A stretch of 64,000 nt of DNA, taken from a virus. Taxonomy: Duplodnaviria > Heunggongvirae > Uroviricota > Caudoviricetes. The DNA is taken from positions 384,001 through 448,000 of IMG/VR virus record IMGVR_UViG_3300020045_008999. The stretch is one strand, 5' to 3'. Below, one piece after another: positions 10,246-20,069 of the stretch (positions within the stretch are counted from its first letter, which is position 1; each line of letters starts with the position of its first letter). The notes under the pieces were generated by a model. That model made no database searches and was not told the origin of the DNA. It saw only the letters and a list, made by a program, of their open reading frames with translations. The translations under genes were made by a program, and so were the position numbers.

Positions 10246-11160
10246 ATGGGTAGATTGACTGATAGTGAATTTATATTGAGATCAATTAAAAAACATGGGG
10301 ATGTGTATGATTATTCTAACGTGAAATATATAAACTGTATGTCTAAAGTTGTGATAATATGTGATAGTCACGGTGTATTTGAACAAACCCCACTCAATCA
10401 TATGAATGGGCATGGTTGTCGGAAATGTGCAAATGAAACAACCAGTTCGAACCAACGGAAACATCTAGAATTTATACAAAATGCAAATATCATATATGGT
10501 GGGGTGTATGATTATAGTAAAGTTGAATACAAAAATAGAGTAACTAAAGTAAAGATAATATGCAGTCAGCATGGGGTCTTTTTGATGACACCGGTTAATC
10601 ACATAACTAAAAATGGATGTCCTAAATGTAGTATTGAAACTAGACAAAATATTAATTGTATAAAATTTATAGAAAACTCTAGACAAGTGCATAAAAATTC
10701 ATACTGTTATGATATGGTTGAATATAAAACTGATAAATTAAAGGTACAGATCATTTGTAATAAACATGGCTCATTCATACAGCAACCAAGGGTACATTTA
10801 AGTGGTAGTGGCTGCCCAACATGTTCTTCTAGTAAGGGGGAATTATCAATTTCTGAATATTTAAATGAAAACAATATTTATTATATCAGTGAGTACAAAT
10901 TTGAGGATTGTGTTCATGTAAATAATTTGGTTTTTGATTTTTATATACCTGGTAAACATATATGTATAGAGTTTGATGGTAAGCAACATTTCCAACCGAT
11001 AGCTTTTTTTGGAGGTGATAAAGGATTTGAACTGACTAAAAAAAGGGATACTCTAAAGAATTCGTATTGTACTGATAATAATATAAAATTGATAAGAATC
11101 CCTTATACTAAATATCAAGAAATATCAAAAATATTAAAAGAAGAGTTATGGGTGAATTAA
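10246..11160 (+). CDS. Putative homing endonuclease: three Zn-binding repeats (DUF723-like) plus Vsr-like/PD-(D/E)xK nuclease
   Basis: Three YDY..V.Y...KV.IIC..HG.F...P..H....GCxxC repeats; FDFYIP...IEFDGKQH. Confidence 0.85.
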   Translation: MGRLTDSEFILRSIKKHGDVYDYSNVKYINCMSKVVIICDSHGVFEQTPLNHMNGHGCRKCANETTSSNQRKHLEFIQNANIIYGGVYDYSKVEYKNRVTKVKIICSQHGVFLMTPVNHITKNGCPKCSIETRQNINCIKFIENSRQVHKNSYCYDMVEYKTDKLKVQIICNKHGSFIQQPRVHLSGSGCPTCSSSKGELSISEYLNENNIYYISEYKFEDCVHVNNLVFDFYIPGKHICIEFDGKQHFQPIAFFGGDKGFELTKKRDTLKNSYCTDNNIKLIRIPYTKYQEISKILKEELWVN

Positions 11161-11837
11161 TAGAACGAATAAAACTAAGTAACTTAGTTAATGGTAATGG
11201 ACTTGTTGATAATTTTAAAAAAAATTCTTTATATTTTTTCGATAAATACAAACAATCTGATAAAGAAGTAACCAACATACCAGTTGGTAAGATGTCAGTC
11301 GGTGGTTTTTATTTTCTGCATTATCGTGACGATTCAAATTTTATGAAATATTCACCAATATTTGTATGTGATTTTCGCAAATTCGGGAACATGATTGTAG
11401 TATTTGGCGTGAATTTTAATTTTATTCCGATAGAAATTAGGGCTAGTATATTTGACAAGTTTATTAGTGAGAAAGATTTCGAAAATGATCGGGACATTGC
11501 GGTTAAATATCAGGGTATGTATGATGAGCTTCGTAAATATGGATTCGAATATGCGATAAATGAGTACAATGTGTCCCAAATAGTGAGTGTCCATCGCATA
11601 ACAATGTCAATTGTACCCCGGTTCCTTTACAGTCAACATCCTATTAATAAATATGATCCCAAAAAACTTTATAGTATAATGTTGGCTAAGATTGAGGGTC
11701 GTGACGCTCGTCATAAAGAAATGACCAATTCATTCATTAAAGATTTCTTTCAGGCTTCTGATGACATATTAGAGAATTATGATCAATTGAATGCGCACAT
11801 CAAGCGACTTCAAACGTCCCTACGAAAATATGGGTAA
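11148..11837 (+). CDS. DNA end protector (T4 gp2-like)
   Basis: GGFYFLHY...YSPIF...GVNFNFIP..IR pattern; near gp4 and portal. Confidence 0.6.
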   Translation: MGELIERIKLSNLVNGNGLVDNFKKNSLYFFDKYKQSDKEVTNIPVGKMSVGGFYFLHYRDDSNFMKYSPIFVCDFRKFGNMIVVFGVNFNFIPIEIRASIFDKFISEKDFENDRDIAVKYQGMYDELRKYGFEYAINEYNVSQIVSVHRITMSIVPRFLYSQHPINKYDPKKLYSIMLAKIEGRDARHKEMTNSFIKDFFQASDDILENYDQLNAHIKRLQTSLRKYG

Positions 11838-11876
11838 TATGTGTCAGGGGGAAGACATAATTATATATATAGGTAT

Positions 11877-12023
11877 ATGAAAGCAAAAGAAGTTATGACA
11901 AAGTATGGTATTACGAGAAATACACTTTGTAATTGGGTAAAGAAAGGTCTCATTGGATATGAGTTAACACCTAGTGGTAGATATATTTACATCTTGCCAG
12001 AAGTTAAAAAAGAGATGGAATAA
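11877..12023 (+). CDS. Small MerR/excisionase-type HTH protein
   Basis: MKAKEV...GITRNTLCNWVKKG....TPSGRYIY; TTATATATA at 11861-11869; abuts portal ATG. Confidence 0.7.
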   Translation: MKAKEVMTKYGITRNTLCNWVKKGLIGYELTPSGRYIYILPEVKKEME

Positions 12024-13718
12024 ATGGCGGCATACAATCAAGGATTCGGTAATAATGATAATTTAGGGGTTATTAATAATGGTGGCGGTACTAATAGGGG
12101 CATATTTGATAAAATGTTGCGATCATTATCCAATCTTGGTATGGAGTATGATGACATGATTTTAAAAAATCAAGTTGGTGTTGGTATTAACGAAGACCCA
12201 TATGCCATGCGTAATAGTATGTACGACTTTTTTTCACAAAAAGCTGTTGCCCGAGTCTTATCTTCAAAATCAATTCCGTATTTGGATAAGGCTTATGGTG
12301 ATAAGCGTAGGATATTGAGAGAATATTCTATTAAGGATGAAATTCGAGATTTCGTATCCACATTAGCAGATGATTGTATTATCTATAATGAAAAAGATTT
12401 TTGTTATCCCAAGCCAATGAGTAATGACTACAGTCAGGATATGCGTGATAAATATCAAGAAATATTTGAGAAAGTGTACAATCGTTATGGTTTTTCCGAT
12501 AGTATTTCCGCTTGGAATATGATGAAAGATTTTCTGATCGACGGATTTGTGGTAAACGAAATTGTATGGGATGATAAAAAGAAAAATATAATCCACTTCA
12601 ATCGTCTATTACCTGAAACATTAGTACCTGGATACGAGCCTGGAATTGGTAATCTTTGGATTCAATATCCGGAAGATCCACAGTTACGAAGAATTTTTCT
12701 AGATTCCCAAATTGTATTTGTATCTTATTCAACCCAAAATGATTATGGTGAAATATCATATTTAGAGGGGTTAATCAAACCTTATAATCAATTAAAGATA
12801 ATTGAACAAACAAGAATAATGTTCAATTTGATAAATGCGACGGTTTATCAAAAATTCATTATACCTGTACGAGGATTACCACGTGCTAAGGCAGAAGAGC
12901 AAATTGGTCAATTGATTGCAGATTATTCGGAAGAAGTTGAATGGGATGACGCATTGGGTACTGTTAGTATAAATGGATCAAAGCATTTGCCGTTCCATAA
13001 GCAAGTATGGTTCCCTGATGGTGAAGCTGGTACACCAACAATGGAATTGGTATCACCCGAAGGCCACAATCTAAATGAATCCGATATGCTTACATGGTTT
13101 TATAACATTCTAAAAAGAGCGTCTAAAATTCCATTTCAGCGTTTTGATCGTGAAAATGGTGGTGGTAATATTTTTTCAGATTCTTCTGAAATGACCCGTG
13201 ATGAAATTAAATTTGGAAACTTCGTCAATAGAATTCGTGCAATATTTAAGGAACTTATAGTTAAGCCAATAAAATTGCAAATGTGTGTTGAATTCCCAGA
13301 ATTAATAAATGATGAAATTTTCCTGAACGAATGTGATATCGTATTCAATAGTAGTCAAATTTTCGAAACTTGGAAGCGTTTGAATAACATGGACAAACGT
13401 GCCGAAATAGTATCAAATTTACTTGCAATTGAAAAAAGTGAGGGTCGGCCATATTTCCACATCGAATACTTGATGGACACTGTTTTTGAACTAAGTCAAG
13501 AAGATAAAGATAGTAATGAATCATACTGGATCAAATATCCAAATGGTGGAATGTCTGGTGATGCAGAATTTGGTGGTGGTGATCCTGGTATGGGGCCAGA
13601 TCCTGGAATGGGTGATGAGACCGGAATGGGTGATGAGACCGGAATGGGTGATGAGACCGGGGACGATGGTGGGAGTGATGCTGGTGGGAGTGAGGATAGT
13701 AAAGATTTCGATTTCTAA
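12024..13718 (+). CDS. Portal protein (T4 gp20-like)
   Basis: ISYLEGLIKPYNQLKIIE, LP..KAE, ASKIPFQRF, EMTRDEIKFGNFV.R.R. Confidence 0.93.
   Translation: MAAYNQGFGNNDNLGVINNGGGTNRGIFDKMLRSLSNLGMEYDDMILKNQVGVGINEDPYAMRNSMYDFFSQKAVARVLSSKSIPYLDKAYGDKRRILREYSIKDEIRDFVSTLADDCIIYNEKDFCYPKPMSNDYSQDMRDKYQEIFEKVYNRYGFSDSISAWNMMKDFLIDGFVVNEIVWDDKKKNIIHFNRLLPETLVPGYEPGIGNLWIQYPEDPQLRRIFLDSQIVFVSYSTQNDYGEISYLEGLIKPYNQLKIIEQTRIMFNLINATVYQKFIIPVRGLPRAKAEEQIGQLIADYSEEVEWDDALGTVSINGSKHLPFHKQVWFPDGEAGTPTMELVSPEGHNLNESDMLTWFYNILKRASKIPFQRFDRENGGGNIFSDSSEMTRDEIKFGNFVNRIRAIFKELIVKPIKLQMCVEFPELINDEIFLNECDIVFNSSQIFETWKRLNNMDKRAEIVSNLLAIEKSEGRPYFHIEYLMDTVFELSQEDKDSNESYWIKYPNGGMSGDAEFGGGDPGMGPDPGMGDETGMGDETGMGDETGDDGGSDAGGSEDSKDFDF
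13605..13658 (+). repeat. 3 x 18-bp in-frame tandem repeat (GMGDET) in portal C-terminal tail
   Basis: ggaatgggtgatgagacc x3. Confidence 0.9.
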
Positions 13719-13751
13719 GCAAATAAAAAGATGTGAATTTTCACATCTTTT

Positions 13752-14096
13752 TTATTTATCTAATTTTTTATTAATAGAACTTCGAATTAGTGAATTTTGT
13801 AATGGGTAATCTACCCCATGTGATTTATTCAATGTTTCTTTGCGTTTAAATTCCGAATGTTTCCGACAATAGTATTCGCCCCAAGTATTATCATATTTAA
13901 TATAATTTTTATAGATCACTTCCTTTTCAACTCCACAAACATCGCATTTGCACAGAATTTTATATTGGCTGCCATTTTTCAACAGACCAACCGGTATGCT
14001 TAAATCAGAACCGATTTCGGTATTATAACCTAGGCTTTCGTAATACTCTAAATTACTTTCATTTATTTTAATTAAAATATCGGTTGTTATTATCAT
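13752..14096 (-). CDS. Hypothetical Zn-ribbon protein (homing-endonuclease-associated type, no nuclease domain seen)
   Basis: CKCDVC, YYC..H, HGVDYPLQN. Confidence 0.55.
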   Translation of the reverse strand: MIITTDILIKINESNLEYYESLGYNTEIGSDLSIPVGLLKNGSQYKILCKCDVCGVEKEVIYKNYIKYDNTWGEYYCRKHSEFKRKETLNKSHGVDYPLQNSLIRSSINKKLDK

Positions 14097-14154
14097 TATA
14101 TTTTTGTATTTTTGTATTATATACTTTATATATACGATAAATCAGATTTAGTTT

Positions 14155-14541
14155 ATGAAATGGATACGAACATTTGAATCATTTATAGACCCGAATATTT
14201 TATCACAGTTAAATATTCGGGCGATTGTGCATAGTGACTATTTTTTTACGGATAAGACAGTTGGTAACTTCTATACTAATAACATATTTGACATAACAGT
14301 CAATAGTATGTCATCTGACCATGAAGTAATTTATTTATATACTACTGTTAAATTCCAAATGGTGGAATATACTATAAGAATTTCATTTGACAATGAACGT
14401 AATGTAGATTACGGTGGTGAATATTTTGATCTCAAACACAGAAATCGTTATGATCTGGATGGATTTAACAAATTGACTAATGAGATTTTAGACGATTTAG
14501 TTCCGAACGATATTTGGGATGTGCGATTTGAAAATAATTAA
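14155..14541 (+). CDS. Hypothetical protein with capsid-targeting-like N-terminus
   Basis: MKWIRTFESF; TTATATATA 14126-14134. Confidence 0.7.
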   Translation: MKWIRTFESFIDPNILSQLNIRAIVHSDYFFTDKTVGNFYTNNIFDITVNSMSSDHEVIYLYTTVKFQMVEYTIRISFDNERNVDYGGEYFDLKHRNRYDLDGFNKLTNEILDDLVPNDIWDVRFENN

Positions 14542-14567
14542 ACTTTATGAGTATATTTCCATATAAT
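14540..14567 (+). promoter_or_regulatory. AAAC-N18-TATAAT promoter
   Basis: Exact motif 4 nt upstream of the ATG, implying a leaderless or near-leaderless mRNA. Confidence 0.65.
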
Positions 14568-14571
14568 CAAC

Positions 14572-15345
14572 ATGGAAGATATATATAATAAAATTACCAA
14601 AGATATTATTTTTTTCGATTTAGAAACTACCGGTGTCGATATAAAATATGATCAAATCATAGAAATATATGCGGTGCGATATACTACTGGTCGAATGAAA
14701 AAAATACTACATAAATACATCAAGCCTACTATACCGATTTCACCCGGTGCAATCGAAACACATGGTATTACTGCAGAAATGCTGGCTATTTACCCAACAA
14801 TGTCCGAGTGTGTAGATGAAATTTTTGATTTTTTCATAGATGCTGATCTGGGTGGATATAATTGTTTGAAATTTGATATTCCATTTCTTTTCGAAGAATT
14901 ATCTCGATTTGGTAAGACCCTTACTATGAACGTCAGTGTCATTGATTCTTATAATTTAATAAATAAATTAGAACCAAGAACACTTGGTGATGTGTATAGG
15001 GAATATTTTGGACAAGATATTATTAATGCACATTCTTCTAAAAATGATACAGAAGCAACTATTCAGGTTTTCATCAAACAAATTGAAAAGTATGGATTGG
15101 GTAGTTCGACAATTGACGAAATATCAAATATTGTTCGCAGTGATAAAGATGGTAATAGGATTATTGATTTGTCTGGTTGGTTTATAAAAATAGGGTCCGA
15201 ATATTTTTATAATAGAGGGACCAATAAAGAAACTAAAGTATTTGATAACTTAGATTATCTGAAATGGATGATTGGTAGTAATCGTGTTGAAAATAATTCT
15301 AGATTAGTTGCTAAAAAATTATTAATGTTACATGCAAAATTATAA
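14572..15345 (+). CDS. DEDDh 3'-5' exonuclease (DNA Pol III epsilon-like)
   Basis: FFDLETTG, HGIT, GYN..FD, AHSSKND. Confidence 0.9.
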   Translation: MEDIYNKITKDIIFFDLETTGVDIKYDQIIEIYAVRYTTGRMKKILHKYIKPTIPISPGAIETHGITAEMLAIYPTMSECVDEIFDFFIDADLGGYNCLKFDIPFLFEELSRFGKTLTMNVSVIDSYNLINKLEPRTLGDVYREYFGQDIINAHSSKNDTEATIQVFIKQIEKYGLGSSTIDEISNIVRSDKDGNRIIDLSGWFIKIGSEYFYNRGTNKETKVFDNLDYLKWMIGSNRVENNSRLVAKKLLMLHAKL

Positions 15346-15640
15346 AATAAAAACATCGACATTAGAAGAAGTTGCACAAGTGAGAGATATCATCAAAGGG
15401 ATCCAGTTGCCAAATATTCTTTTTGTTGAGGGGAGTGATGAAGTCGGTTTTTGTTTATATTACTATAGTCCAGTGACGAATCGTGTAATTTTTATGGTAC
15501 GCAAAGAACGTGATAATGATTCGTTACTCATGCACATGGAGCACTGTTGGAATGTTTTACCCTTGGAAGAAATTAGTTTTTCTAAATTTCGCTCAATGAG
15601 TCGTGTGGAAAATATACAAAAAATATTAAATAATGATTAA
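15332..15640 (+). CDS. Hypothetical protein
   Basis: Overlaps both neighbours in an operon. Confidence 0.65.
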   Translation: MQNYKIKTSTLEEVAQVRDIIKGIQLPNILFVEGSDEVGFCLYYYSPVTNRVIFMVRKERDNDSLLMHMEHCWNVLPLEEISFSKFRSMSRVENIQKILNND

Positions 15641-15941
15641 TAATATTATATTGGAGTTATACGCAGAGAGGCGCGAACTAATGTCTAAACTATTATTCTC
15701 TTTACAAGACATTGATCCTGATTATGACGAAGTTCCTGGTTTCACCAATAACATAGATGATTTGATAGTTGATCGACCCGATAACATTAATAGCATGGCT
15801 GCAATAACAGAACGATTATATGTGTTGTGTGATGGTGATTACTTATTATTAGATATGTATCGCAGATTGTCTCTGGCACTCAGTAAGGAAAATTATGAAG
15901 AGGCTACGGGAATAAAAAATGAAATATTGAACCATAAGTAA
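15633..15941 (+). CDS. Small protein with C-terminal UVR (UvrB/UvrC)-like motif
   Basis: ALSKENYEEATGIKNEI. Confidence 0.6.
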   Translation: MINNIILELYAERRELMSKLLFSLQDIDPDYDEVPGFTNNIDDLIVDRPDNINSMAAITERLYVLCDGDYLLLDMYRRLSLALSKENYEEATGIKNEILNHK

Positions 15942-15985
15942 TTGTATTGTAAATATTATTTTTATATATTTGTAAATAAAAAATA

Positions 15986-16273
15986 TTGATATTAATGTTA
16001 GATGAAAAATTAATTAAGGCGGCATTTGAGTATAATGCAATTATCAAGAGTGTAGATGTGCTAGACGATGATGCTGATGTGTTCACTCGTATTAATAAAT
16101 GTAGTGATTTGCTGACCGGATATATGTTTTTTTTAGCACTATACAACGAGGACTATATCTTATTCAATCTGTATACTGGCCTAGCGGAAGCTATAACGAA
16201 TGAAAATTATGAATGTGCAAATGAATACAGAACCAACATATTGATTTATGAAAACAAACATACGAACGTTTAA
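15986..16273 (+). CDS. Small protein with UVR-like motif, paralog of preceding gene
   Basis: DYILFNLY..L..AI..ENYECANEYR; TATATTTG at 15965-15972. Confidence 0.6.
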   Translation: MILMLDEKLIKAAFEYNAIIKSVDVLDDDADVFTRINKCSDLLTGYMFFLALYNEDYILFNLYTGLAEAITNENYECANEYRTNILIYENKHTNV

Positions 16274-16673
16274 AGTGTCATTGGACATACATGGTGTCAT
16301 TGATGAATTGCCCGTTTTTTTCTCAGCATTCAGTAAATCATTGGTTGATAGTGGTATGGAATTACATATTGTGACCGGTGGTTCAATCGAACGAGCAAAG
16401 CGTGAATTGAAATTGCACAACATTACATATACTCATTTATTTTCAATATTGGATTATCATGTTGAAAATGGTACCCCAACATTTGGAAATCATCCCAAAT
16501 ATGGCTTCCCAATGATTGATGATGCCATATGGGATCAAACTAAAAGTAAGTATTGTGAAGATCATGACATTGACTTACATATTGATGATACTGTTGCTTA
16601 CGGGGATTCATTCACAACCCCGTTTTCTAAATTGTGGACAAAAACTAAAGGGATTAAACCTAAAAACAAATAA
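16248..16673 (+). CDS. HAD-superfamily phosphatase-like protein
   Basis: SLDIHGVID, IVTG, K, IDLHIDD. Confidence 0.65.
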   Translation: MKTNIRTFKVSLDIHGVIDELPVFFSAFSKSLVDSGMELHIVTGGSIERAKRELKLHNITYTHLFSILDYHVENGTPTFGNHPKYGFPMIDDAIWDQTKSKYCEDHDIDLHIDDTVAYGDSFTTPFSKLWTKTKGIKPKNK

Positions 16674-16676
16674 AAA

Positions 16677-17096
16677 ATGGATAAGATGAACATTGAAGCT
16701 AAAATAAATGCAGATTTCACTGCAGCATTCAAGGCAAAGGATTTCGATCGCAAAAATATTTTAGCGGTTGTTAGAGGTGAAATGCAAAATTTGAAAAAGA
16801 TTTTAATTATTGACGAATTGGATGATGAAAATAGTACCATCATTTTAACTAAATTTGTTAAAGGAATTCGGATGAACATAAAACAATCCGCAATACCAAA
16901 ATCGAGTGATTTATATGAGTTAGAGGTATTGGAAGGGTATTTGCCTAAGGAAATTTCAGAAGATGATATACGTGATCAAATAAAAGAATTGATCGAATCA
17001 GGGGTAACTAATATAGGTCAGGTTATGCGAGCATTCGCTAATAAACCGGTAAACCGACAACTAGTTTCCGAAATATATACACAATTAGATAAATAA
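16677..17096 (+). CDS. GatB/YqeY domain protein
   Basis: A.KAKD..R..IL, ELEVLEGYLPKEISEDDI, NIGQVM. Confidence 0.85.
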   Translation: MDKMNIEAKINADFTAAFKAKDFDRKNILAVVRGEMQNLKKILIIDELDDENSTIILTKFVKGIRMNIKQSAIPKSSDLYELEVLEGYLPKEISEDDIRDQIKELIESGVTNIGQVMRAFANKPVNRQLVSEIYTQLDK

Positions 17097-17126
17097 AAAA
17101 AACCCCTATAGATATAGGGGTTTTTT
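17097..17126. terminator. Bidirectional intrinsic terminator
   Basis: A-tract-cccctata-ga-tatagggg-T-tract between convergent genes. Confidence 0.85.
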
Positions 17127-17136
17127 GTGGGTTGGA

Positions 17137-17625
17137 TTAATGTGCATAAAAATCATTCACAGATAATTTAGTAAATTTCACCTCTTTCAATTCATCTGAT
17201 ACAAATTTGTTACACATATCTACAAATTTCTTTGCATCTTTTCTGGTTTTGAATTTAATATCGCTTTTTGAAAACTTCTCGCCGGTATTTGATAAATCAA
17301 TTTTGAAAGTATCAGCTGGTTTTTTAAACGAAACCACTAAAATATATTCATATTTTTTTTCCTTATCAGTTTTTTTAGATACATCATTTTTAGTTACGTT
17401 CATCTCACTGATTACATTCTCGAAATAGATTGGATTAGTGACTTTAGTGTTGTGTGGTGCTGAGTAATAAACAAATGATGCATCTTTAATTTCAATTGAT
17501 GCTGCATGTTTATTTAAATTGTCCGCTCTTTTAGCGTGGCCTTTCGTTGCCAACATTTTAGCGGCATTAACGTAAGTTGATTTTTGTAATTCTTCGTATA
17601 CTTTAAACGTATTTAAATGTTTCAT
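17137..17625 (-). CDS. Basic hypothetical protein with capsid-targeting-like N-terminus
   Basis: MKHLNTFKVYEE; late motif 17649-17657. Confidence 0.7.
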   Translation of the reverse strand: MKHLNTFKVYEELQKSTYVNAAKMLATKGHAKRADNLNKHAASIEIKDASFVYYSAPHNTKVTNPIYFENVISEMNVTKNDVSKKTDKEKKYEYILVVSFKKPADTFKIDLSNTGEKFSKSDIKFKTRKDAKKFVDMCNKFVSDELKEVKFTKLSVNDFYAH

Positions 17626-17696
17626 TATAGAATATAGTATTTTTTATTTATATATTAATTTATAAAACTAAAAAAAAGCGATTGCTCGCTTTTTTT

Positions 17697-17933
17697 TTAT
17701 ATCATTTCGAAAGTACTTTCTATAAAATGGTCGATGTTGGTGTCGTGGTATATGTATTCGTAATTTTCATGAAGAAATATTAAAGATTTACGACCGATGT
17801 TTAGAACCTCTATTTCCTTGTGTATGGTTATGTTTACTTTGGACTGCTTCCCAATTAATAAATATGGCTCGCATATTATATTAATTGGCTTAGTTGTCTT
17901 AAACTTATTGCCATTTAAATATTTGTCAATCAT
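17697..17933 (-). CDS. Hypothetical protein
   Basis: Last ORF of the greA operon, followed by a hairpin. Confidence 0.6.
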   Translation of the reverse strand: MIDKYLNGNKFKTTKPINIICEPYLLIGKQSKVNITIHKEIEVLNIGRKSLIFLHENYEYIYHDTNIDHFIESTFEMI

Positions 17934-18318
17934 ATATAAATTCCTCTCTCCAATTCGGGTTTCCTATATTAATCACTTTGCAAATTTGATGATATATTGA
18001 GAGTTCATATTGATCATCATCGAAATGAATATCTATATTATTCCGTCTCAATTCTGCAATTTTAAGTTCTCGATTAGTGAAGCGAATTCGATCACGTCCT
18101 AAGCCTAACTGTTCGGCTACCTCAAAAACCTTAGATGCTTCATCGATATTTTTTATATAATTTTCGGCATATCGTTTTGTTATAATGTATATGGTATTGT
18201 CTTTTGACAAATCTAACAATAATTTACGAACATTATCTTTTTCAGAATTGATAGATCCGTCAAAATGATCATCCAATGTTCCGTCAAAGTCGAAAGATAT
18301 TCTTTTATTTATTATCAT
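17926..18318 (-). CDS. HAD-superfamily phosphatase-like protein
   Basis: SFDFDGTLD, IITKR, K, IDIHFDDD. Confidence 0.75.
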   Translation of the reverse strand: MIINKRISFDFDGTLDDHFDGSINSEKDNVRKLLLDLSKDNTIYIITKRYAENYIKNIDEASKVFEVAEQLGLGRDRIRFTNRELKIAELRRNNIDIHFDDDQYELSIYHQICKVINIGNPNWREEFIYD

Positions 18319-18527
18319 GTTTTATTTTTGATTAAAGTTTTTTTGATTAATATCCATTTATAGTATCCTGGTTCTAACCCACAGCGTTCAGTGGCGCAGG
18401 TAGTATCACATTGAATAATGTCTATGCTTCGGTACACATACTCTTCCATATATCTACATAACCATATAATTTTGGAATTAATTTTGACTGGTAGATATGC
18501 AAATTTATATATGGTTTTTGTAATCAT
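18315..18527 (-). CDS. Hypothetical protein
   Basis: ATGA overlaps at both ends. Confidence 0.6.
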   Translation of the reverse strand: MITKTIYKFAYLPVKINSKIIWLCRYMEEYVYRSIDIIQCDTTCATERCGLEPGYYKWILIKKTLIKNKT

Positions 18528-18718
18528 ATTTTTTCGAATAAAAATTTTACAATACTAGATTTAGGGAATAATATTTTCATCAATAAAAATGGTAATAATA
18601 AAACCCACCAAAAATTCAAAACATCAGTTGTGATGTTAATTTCTAGAAATACAATACTCAATAATAGTATCATTGTACCACACATAATGCCGAATAATAT
18701 TACCTCGAAGCGGGACAC
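18524..18718 (-). CDS. Small membrane protein (two hydrophobic segments)
   Basis: Hydrophobic composition; coupled to greA. Confidence 0.6.
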   Translation of the reverse strand: MSRFEVILFGIMCGTMILLLSIVFLEINITTDVLNFWWVLLLPFLLMKILFPKSSIVKFLFEKI

Positions 18719-19188
18719 TATAAAGTAATTTCTAGAATTTCCATTTCTATAATTCCAACAGGTACTTCGATGGTTGCAATTTCATTCAACTTCTTACCAT
18801 TTAAGCCTTTTGCAATCGGACTATTCATTGAAATTTTGCTATTTTTGACATCGATGTCGGTTTCTGGTACAATATGAAATGTTTGTTCACAATTCATTTT
18901 GCGATTAAATACTTTTACCGTTGTGAATACTTGTACACTGTCGGTTGATATGGCAGTATCATCTAATATAATCACGGTTTTTATCTTTTCGGACAGGACT
19001 GATATTTTACGTTGCAAATTATCATAGTTTTCTTTGGCTATATCATATTCCGCATTTTCGGAAATATCCCCTTTGTCTCTAGCATCACTGAGACTATTTA
19101 GTACTTCGCGAAGTTGTACACCTTTGAGTTCATTTAACTCATTTTCCATTTTTCTTAAACCCTTTAGGTTTGTCTTTACATTTTCCAT
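18718..19188 (-). CDS. greA: Transcription elongation factor GreA
   Basis: ARDKGDISENAEYDIAKE, ISMNSPIAKGL. Confidence 0.95.
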   Translation of the reverse strand: MENVKTNLKGLRKMENELNELKGVQLREVLNSLSDARDKGDISENAEYDIAKENYDNLQRKISVLSEKIKTVIILDDTAISTDSVQVFTTVKVFNRKMNCEQTFHIVPETDIDVKNSKISMNSPIAKGLNGKKLNEIATIEVPVGIIEMEILEITL

Positions 19189-19212
19189 ATTACTTATCTT
19201 TAATATTGGAGT

Positions 19213-19240
19213 ATTATACCAACAAATGTTTGGAAAGTTT
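19213..19240 (-). promoter_or_regulatory. AAAC-N18-TATAAT promoter for greA operon
   Basis: Exact motif and spacing. Confidence 0.65.
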
Positions 19241-19288
19241 AAAAGCGGATCATAAAAATAATATATAGTATGTGAAAAAAAAATATTT

Positions 19289-20002
19289 ATGAAAAAAATT
19301 AAAACATTCGAAAATTTTTTAGATACCCGACCTGATACTGTAATGAATCCGGAAATGGACCAAAGTATGCAACTTGACGTACGAAATTATGTTGATGATA
19401 TATTAAATGGTGATAAATTTAAACAGTTGTTCGACTTACTCGGTAGAGAAATTCCTGGTGAATCTGATAAAGTTGCGTTTGATGCAGCATTCGACGAGGT
19501 ACGCGATTTAGCGATATCGCACTTTATTAAAAATCCAGAAGAAATGGTGGATCGAGATGTTGATATTACTAATATGGTTGTTGATGGTGGTGATGGCATT
19601 CCGAGACTTAATAATGTGGGTGGTGTAATAAATGAGGATAAGTATGATGACGATTTCAAATTTGATCGAGCAGAAGATGATGCTGATGAGGTTGATATTA
19701 CTCTTTCAGACGCGATTAGTGCCATGATCGAAGAAACAGTGAATACTGGTGATATAAAAACAAAAGAAGGCTTCATACAGGCTTATTTGAAAGATGATAC
19801 CGAGGATACTGAAATAATTGGACTTATCAATGATTCGGATGTTTATGAATTTTATCTTAAATATAGAATCGAGGTTGATGAAGTGTTGAATAAGATAGAC
19901 TTTTTCGATGAAGCACCTAGTTCTGATAATATTTTCGGGGTGTATGATTACATTGTATATGCAACTAAGTTTGCGGTCAAAAATGTAGTCACTAATTTAT
20001 AA
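19289..20002 (+). CDS. Acidic hypothetical protein with capsid-targeting-like N-terminus
   Basis: MKKIKTFENF; late motif 19259-19267. Confidence 0.7.
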   Translation: MKKIKTFENFLDTRPDTVMNPEMDQSMQLDVRNYVDDILNGDKFKQLFDLLGREIPGESDKVAFDAAFDEVRDLAISHFIKNPEEMVDRDVDITNMVVDGGDGIPRLNNVGGVINEDKYDDDFKFDRAEDDADEVDITLSDAISAMIEETVNTGDIKTKEGFIQAYLKDDTEDTEIIGLINDSDVYEFYLKYRIEVDEVLNKIDFFDEAPSSDNIFGVYDYIVYATKFAVKNVVTNL

Positions 20003-20003
20003 T

Positions 20004-20041
20004 AAAAACCCCCTCTGTATAAAATTTATAGAGGGGGTTTT
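20004..20041. terminator. Bidirectional intrinsic terminator
   Basis: aaaaaccccctct...agagggggtttt between convergent genes. Confidence 0.8.
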
Positions 20042-20069
20042 AAGCATGATATATTATTTCACTGATAGC

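Noticed and set aside
11877-12023. Intact IS607 element
   Set aside because: Only the HTH is present; no serine recombinase domain or TnpB nearby.
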